Source: Planctomycetia bacterium
GTDB lineage: Bacteria; Planctomycetota; Planctomycetia; Pirellulales; PALSA-1355
NCBI GenBank assembly: GCA_016200205.1
Contig: JACQFF010000167.1
Location: forward strand, 2,791 to 66,790
Direction of reading: 5' to 3'
Length of the DNA: 64,000 bases
Shown here: positions 60,378-64,000 of the stretch, in pieces
How positions within the stretch are numbered: position 1 is the stretch's first letter
Layout of the letters: each line of letters begins with the position of its first letter
Notes under the pieces: model-generated
Told to the model about the DNA's origin: nothing
Seen by the model: the letters and a program-made list of their open reading frames with translations, nothing else
The model's database searches: none
Position numbers and translations under genes: made by a program

Positions 60378-60599
60378 ATCGGGGGATCCGTGGCTCTTCC
60401 CGGAACCGGCCTAGGCCGAGCCAGCTCGGCCAGAGGTTGCTGTTTTCGTTCGCGCGGCGGGTCGCTGACATTGAGCAAGTCCGCGGCAAAGCTCGGCTTG
60501 CGGTTGCCCCGGCTGGGCAAAATCTTTACCATTGCGGTGCGTCGTCGTGGCACGACTCGTCTTGTCGCAATCTCCTAACCCCCGGCAATCGGCTTCTAC

Positions 60600-61529
60600 G
60601 TGAAGACGTATAGATTCACCGAGCAATTCCAGACCATTTTTGAAACGGCGGCCAAGCTCTCCCGGGCGGTCGATGCCGACGCGTTGATGCTCCTGCTCGA
60701 GGGTCCGACCGACTGGGATCGGCTCAAAACTCACGCCGGCGAGGAAAAGATCCTGATCGCGGCCGATTTTCCCGCTCAGATTGAAGGGGCCGCTGAGGTT
60801 GGCCTGGCCACCGTCGTTTTGAAGATGCCAGATGCGCCGGTCCACGAGAAACTAACCCAGGCGTTGCTCGAGAGCGTGGCCGACGACATTCTGGCGCCAG
60901 GGGCCCAAGTAGTCGCTCTCTATAGCGGTTTCGAGGCCGGGAGCATCGATTCGGTTAGTCTGATTCATTTGGGCGAACACCTCGGACAATTGACCTCACG
61001 CGACCTGCGACAGCTCGAAACGCGCGTGCCATTGGACACGCTGAAAACGGTTGTCGACATGGCGGTCGAGGTCGGCCGTGAAGGTCGCGAAGGAAAGCCG
61101 GTCGGCACGTTGTTTGTTGTGGGCGATTCGCGCAAGGTGCTGGCCAGCAGCCACCCCGTCGGATTCGATCCAGTTCGGGGATATAGCCGCAAGGAGCGCA
61201 ATCTCGACGATCCGCGGGTTCGCGAAGGAATCAAGGAAATCGCCCAACTGGACGGCGCGATCCTCGTTTCGGCTGAGGGCATCGTCGAAGCGTCGGCGCG
61301 CTATATCGACGCGCCCGCGGATAACATTACTTTACCCAAAGGGTTGGGAGCCCGGCACTGGGCCGCCGCGGCCATTAGCCGCAAAACCAATGCCGTCGCG
61401 GTGGCCGTCAGCGAGTCGAACGGTACGGTGCGGATTTTCCAAAACGGCGAAGTGACTCTCCGCATCGAACCCTTCCGGCGTCCGATGAAGTGGAAAGATT
61501 TCGAATACGAGCCGCCACCGGCCGAATAG
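60600..61529 (+). CDS. DisA_N (diadenylate cyclase, DAC) domain protein with unassigned N-terminal domain
   Basis: GTG start. The C-terminal half has GTLFVVGD, QLDGAILVS and GLGARHWAAAAIS..AVAVAVSESNGTVRIF, which is the DAC pattern with RHW instead of RHR. Confidence 0.75.
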   Translation: MKTYRFTEQFQTIFETAAKLSRAVDADALMLLLEGPTDWDRLKTHAGEEKILIAADFPAQIEGAAEVGLATVVLKMPDAPVHEKLTQALLESVADDILAPGAQVVALYSGFEAGSIDSVSLIHLGEHLGQLTSRDLRQLETRVPLDTLKTVVDMAVEVGREGREGKPVGTLFVVGDSRKVLASSHPVGFDPVRGYSRKERNLDDPRVREGIKEIAQLDGAILVSAEGIVEASARYIDAPADNITLPKGLGARHWAAAAISRKTNAVAVAVSESNGTVRIFQNGEVTLRIEPFRRPMKWKDFEYEPPPAE

Positions 61530-61541
61530 TCTCCAGTCGCT

Positions 61542-62234
61542 TTACTCGCTGCTGGACTGCTGGCTCGCGCCGGTTCGTAGAATCTCGTCCACCAGCTTGC
61601 GCGGCGCGCCGATATCAATTACGTGAATGGCGCCGGTGTATTCCTCGACGCCCGACAGCAAGAATCCCGGCTTATGAGCGACGAACGTACAGGTGTGGGC
61701 CGCGCGAATCGTATGCCGCGCCGCCTTTCCCGTGTCGCAATCCAATCCACTGGGCAAATCAACAGACAATACGGGGACCGACTGCCCATTGATTCGATCG
61801 ATGACCTCGTCCAAGGGGGGGCGAGGTTCGCCGCGAGCGCCGGTTCCCAGCAGCGCGTCGACTACCCAGGAGCACCCGGCCAGTTCTTGTTCGAGATCGG
61901 CTGGATCGGCTCGGCGCACCGGCACGTCACTTCGGCGCAACACTCGTAAGTTGAGCGCGGCGTCGCCTCGCAGTTCCGCCGGATCGGAGAAAAACAGTAC
62001 CCGGACGAAGTAATTGCGCAAATCGAGGTGACGTGCGATGACCAACCCATCGCCGCCATTATTCCCGCTTCCGCAGCAGATCACCACCGGCCCGACGATC
62101 CTCAGTTTGCAAAGTTGATCCGCTACCCCGCGTCCGGCATTTTCCATGAGCATCACGCTCATCATGCCGTAGTCTTCGACAGCACGCCGGTCGAGTTGCC
62201 GAGCTTGCTCGCGTGAAATTGTGATGGCGGCCAT
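61542..62234 (-). CDS. nnrE: NAD(P)H-hydrate epimerase (YjeF N-terminal domain only)
   Basis: MENAGRGVA, VVICCGSGNNGGDGLVIARHL and DALLGTG. No C-terminal dehydratase domain. Confidence 0.85.
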   Translation of the reverse strand: MAAITISREQARQLDRRAVEDYGMMSVMLMENAGRGVADQLCKLRIVGPVVICCGSGNNGGDGLVIARHLDLRNYFVRVLFFSDPAELRGDAALNLRVLRRSDVPVRRADPADLEQELAGCSWVVDALLGTGARGEPRPPLDEVIDRINGQSVPVLSVDLPSGLDCDTGKAARHTIRAAHTCTFVAHKPGFLLSGVEEYTGAIHVIDIGAPRKLVDEILRTGASQQSSSE

Positions 62235-62627
62235 CGGATCTCCCGGGAGGCAACTAGCAATCGATAATTAATTGTAACCATGGATTCGCATCGTGCCCGG
62301 CACGAACCCCCGGCATGGAACCGGCTCTCACAATCAGCAAACTCGGTGCCAGCGGCGAAGCGCTCCAACCGGCAGACTCCGCCAAATGCCGTAGTCGGCC
62401 CGCCTGTTCAGTCGGATCCGAGAAATCCGCAGACCTCTCCTGTTTGGCATTTTCGCCAGGCAGTTACCGGCGGTGGAGTGAGCGAGCGAGTTTTCTGCAA
62501 ACTGCGGATCAACGACCGCCGATCAGTTTTCAATGCGACCATCGTAGTTGGTTCGCGGAGTGCTGGCAGGCAATTGTGCTTCGGTCGGCTATAAATCAGT
62601 CGAAATCAAGATCGAGGGGGGAAGGTC

Positions 62628-62843
62628 ATGATCTCTCGTTGTACAGTATTTGCGCTCCTTGTTGTCGCTCAATTTGGTGTACCGGCTACGGTATTGGCCA
62701 GACAAACGGTGCTGGCGCGGCAAGAGATTCGGCAACTACCGATTTTGGAACGGCCCTCGCGCCTGGGTCATTTTTATGGCAATACGGTGCGTCGCAACCA
62801 TGCGCGCAATCACCAGACTTCATTGCCGGAGAATAATCTTTGA
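62628..62843 (+). CDS. small secreted hypothetical protein
   Basis: ATG after ggggggaagg. Signal-like MISRCTVFALLVVAQFGVPA, a duplicated TVLARQ hexapeptide and a basic tail. No known motif. Confidence 0.4.
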   Translation: MISRCTVFALLVVAQFGVPATVLARQTVLARQEIRQLPILERPSRLGHFYGNTVRRNHARNHQTSLPENNL

Positions 62844-62942
62844 GAGCGCAACAATGCTCGCCGTGGACGCGCGAGTATATCCCCTGCAAACCGCCAAGCC
62901 AGTTGCGGCTTGGCGGTTTGTGTTTTTGCGACCAGTTGCGGA

Positions 62943-63953
62943 TTAGCCGCCGGCCGGCGGCCAAAACCAGAAGACGAATCCCGTAACCGCCGCACTCTCG
63001 TACAGGGCCGCACGCAAGCTCAGCGGAATTGGTTCGATCACGTAAGGAGCACAGCTACCCGGCCGATAGTAGCCCAAGGTATACATGCATTCGTTGGGCG
63101 GAGTGAGACCCATTTTGTAAGGCAACAGCGGCACGGAAACAAAAAAGTGCCCTGCCGACATGAACGGCTGGACCACCGGATTCCACGAGTGTCCATAGCG
63201 TTCCAGTTGAACATCCTCGAAGTACAGCGGCTTGTGGCACACGCCGGTCGCCTTCCAGGTGAACTTGGTCGGCGACCACGAGCGGCCCTCAAAAGGCACA
63301 TTTCCCAGTTTGCATTCGCAGGGATAGTCTTGACCTTCGACACCATCGATCGCTATTTCCGGAACAATCGTGGTGATGTCGCGTTCTCGCAGCTTGCGGA
63401 CGAGCTCGATACATGCATCCATTTGTTCTTGGCAAGAAACCCCTTCAGCAGGAGCCAGCAAGCCTTGGGGCAGGGGTGCCTCGGTCGTCGGGGGCGAAGG
63501 GATCTCTTCCTCCGGGAATGGATCGGGTCTGCTCCGCAAGGGAGCCGGCTCGCCCTGCGGCGGCGCTACGCTTTCCGTCTGCGCCGGGGGGGCTATGCGG
63601 AGATCGGCATTTTTGGCCCGATCTTCATCGGCAAACGGATCTTTGAAGGGGTCTGCCTTGTCGGTCTGCACCTGCATAATCAAATCGCGTAGCTTAGCGC
63701 GGGACGACTTGGCCGAAGGCGGATGAACTGGTGCCTCCGCGGCAATTTGCTGCGTTTCGAAGCGCGGCGAACTGGGCGTCTCCGATTGATCGGAAGCGCG
63801 CTGAACGGGGCTGCTGCGGACCTGCCATTTCAGCTTGGAAGACGCGGGTGACTGTCGGGGAGCCTCGCCGGCAAGTGCCGTCGAACACACGACGATGCTG
63901 GCGGCCACCGCCAAGGTACCCCAGGCCGCGTACCGCCGAAGGGCGCGGCGCAT
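62943..63953 (-). CDS. secreted hypothetical protein with conserved Cys/Trp-rich C-terminal domain
   Basis: Signal peptide (..ALAGEA) and a P/S/A-rich disordered middle. The well-ordered C-terminal ~170 aa (CECKLGNVPFEGRSWSPTKFTWKATGVCHKPLYFEDVQLERYGHSW..) end in a hydrophobic segment. Confidence 0.65.
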   Translation of the reverse strand: MRRALRRYAAWGTLAVAASIVVCSTALAGEAPRQSPASSKLKWQVRSSPVQRASDQSETPSSPRFETQQIAAEAPVHPPSAKSSRAKLRDLIMQVQTDKADPFKDPFADEDRAKNADLRIAPPAQTESVAPPQGEPAPLRSRPDPFPEEEIPSPPTTEAPLPQGLLAPAEGVSCQEQMDACIELVRKLRERDITTIVPEIAIDGVEGQDYPCECKLGNVPFEGRSWSPTKFTWKATGVCHKPLYFEDVQLERYGHSWNPVVQPFMSAGHFFVSVPLLPYKMGLTPPNECMYTLGYYRPGSCAPYVIEPIPLSLRAALYESAAVTGFVFWFWPPAGG

Positions 63954-64000
63954 GGGCTGAGGACCAGCCGAATCGGGCTCAATAGTTGTCGCCCGAAGTA

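Noticed and set aside
1-64000. Searched for CRISPR-like regularly spaced repeats, transposase/integrase genes, phage modules and known defence-system hallmarks (TIR, SIR2, reverse transcriptase, Cas, nuclease-helicase pairs)
   Set aside because: None were recognised. The DinG-like helicase (10675-12681) stands alone next to housekeeping genes and has no nuclease or methylase partner.

Overview
High-GC (about 60% by eye) bacterial chromosomal segment. The gene content is typical of Planctomycetota, probably Pirellulales-like: a PSCyt1 cytochrome-c domain protein, a TIGR03067-type protein, DUF1570-type putative peptidases and many lineage-restricted secreted hypotheticals. I can support about 55 protein-coding genes. 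Housekeeping genes include thiS-thiG, hisF, glyA, ilvD, modABC, csrA, an aminotransferase, a DEAD-box helicase, a DinG-like helicase and inositol-3-phosphate synthase. Envelope and transport genes include MFS, ABC components, and M48, M50 and YugP peptidases. There is also an orphan histidine kinase and an orphan receiver. I recognise no rRNA, tRNA, CRISPR array, transposase or integrase. Most long ORFs antisense to these genes are Arg/Gly/Pro-rich shadows of a GC-rich genome and were discarded. Six observations merit a second look. (1) A visibly lower-GC three-gene cassette at 51.5-54.7 kb: an acidic disordered protein, a signal-less protein ending in a metzincin-like HExxHxxNxxH domain, and an ATGA-coupled membrane-anchored partner. 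A decayed paralog fragment follows it and a terminator-like leader hairpin precedes it. (2) A pilT gene translationally coupled to a membrane-anchored GspE/PilB-like protein whose Walker A, Walker B and His box are all degenerate, followed by a CvpA-like membrane protein. (3) An orphan Dam-family methyltransferase in a lower-GC pocket. (4) Gene remnants: an rlmN-like head and an internally deleted sugar ABC permease. (5) A 3 x 39-nt tandem palindromic element that inflates a NIPSNAP ORF. (6) A DAC-domain protein with RHW in place of the RHR motif. All functional calls come from motif recognition by eye. No database search, HMM or fold prediction was run, and gene starts are often uncertain.
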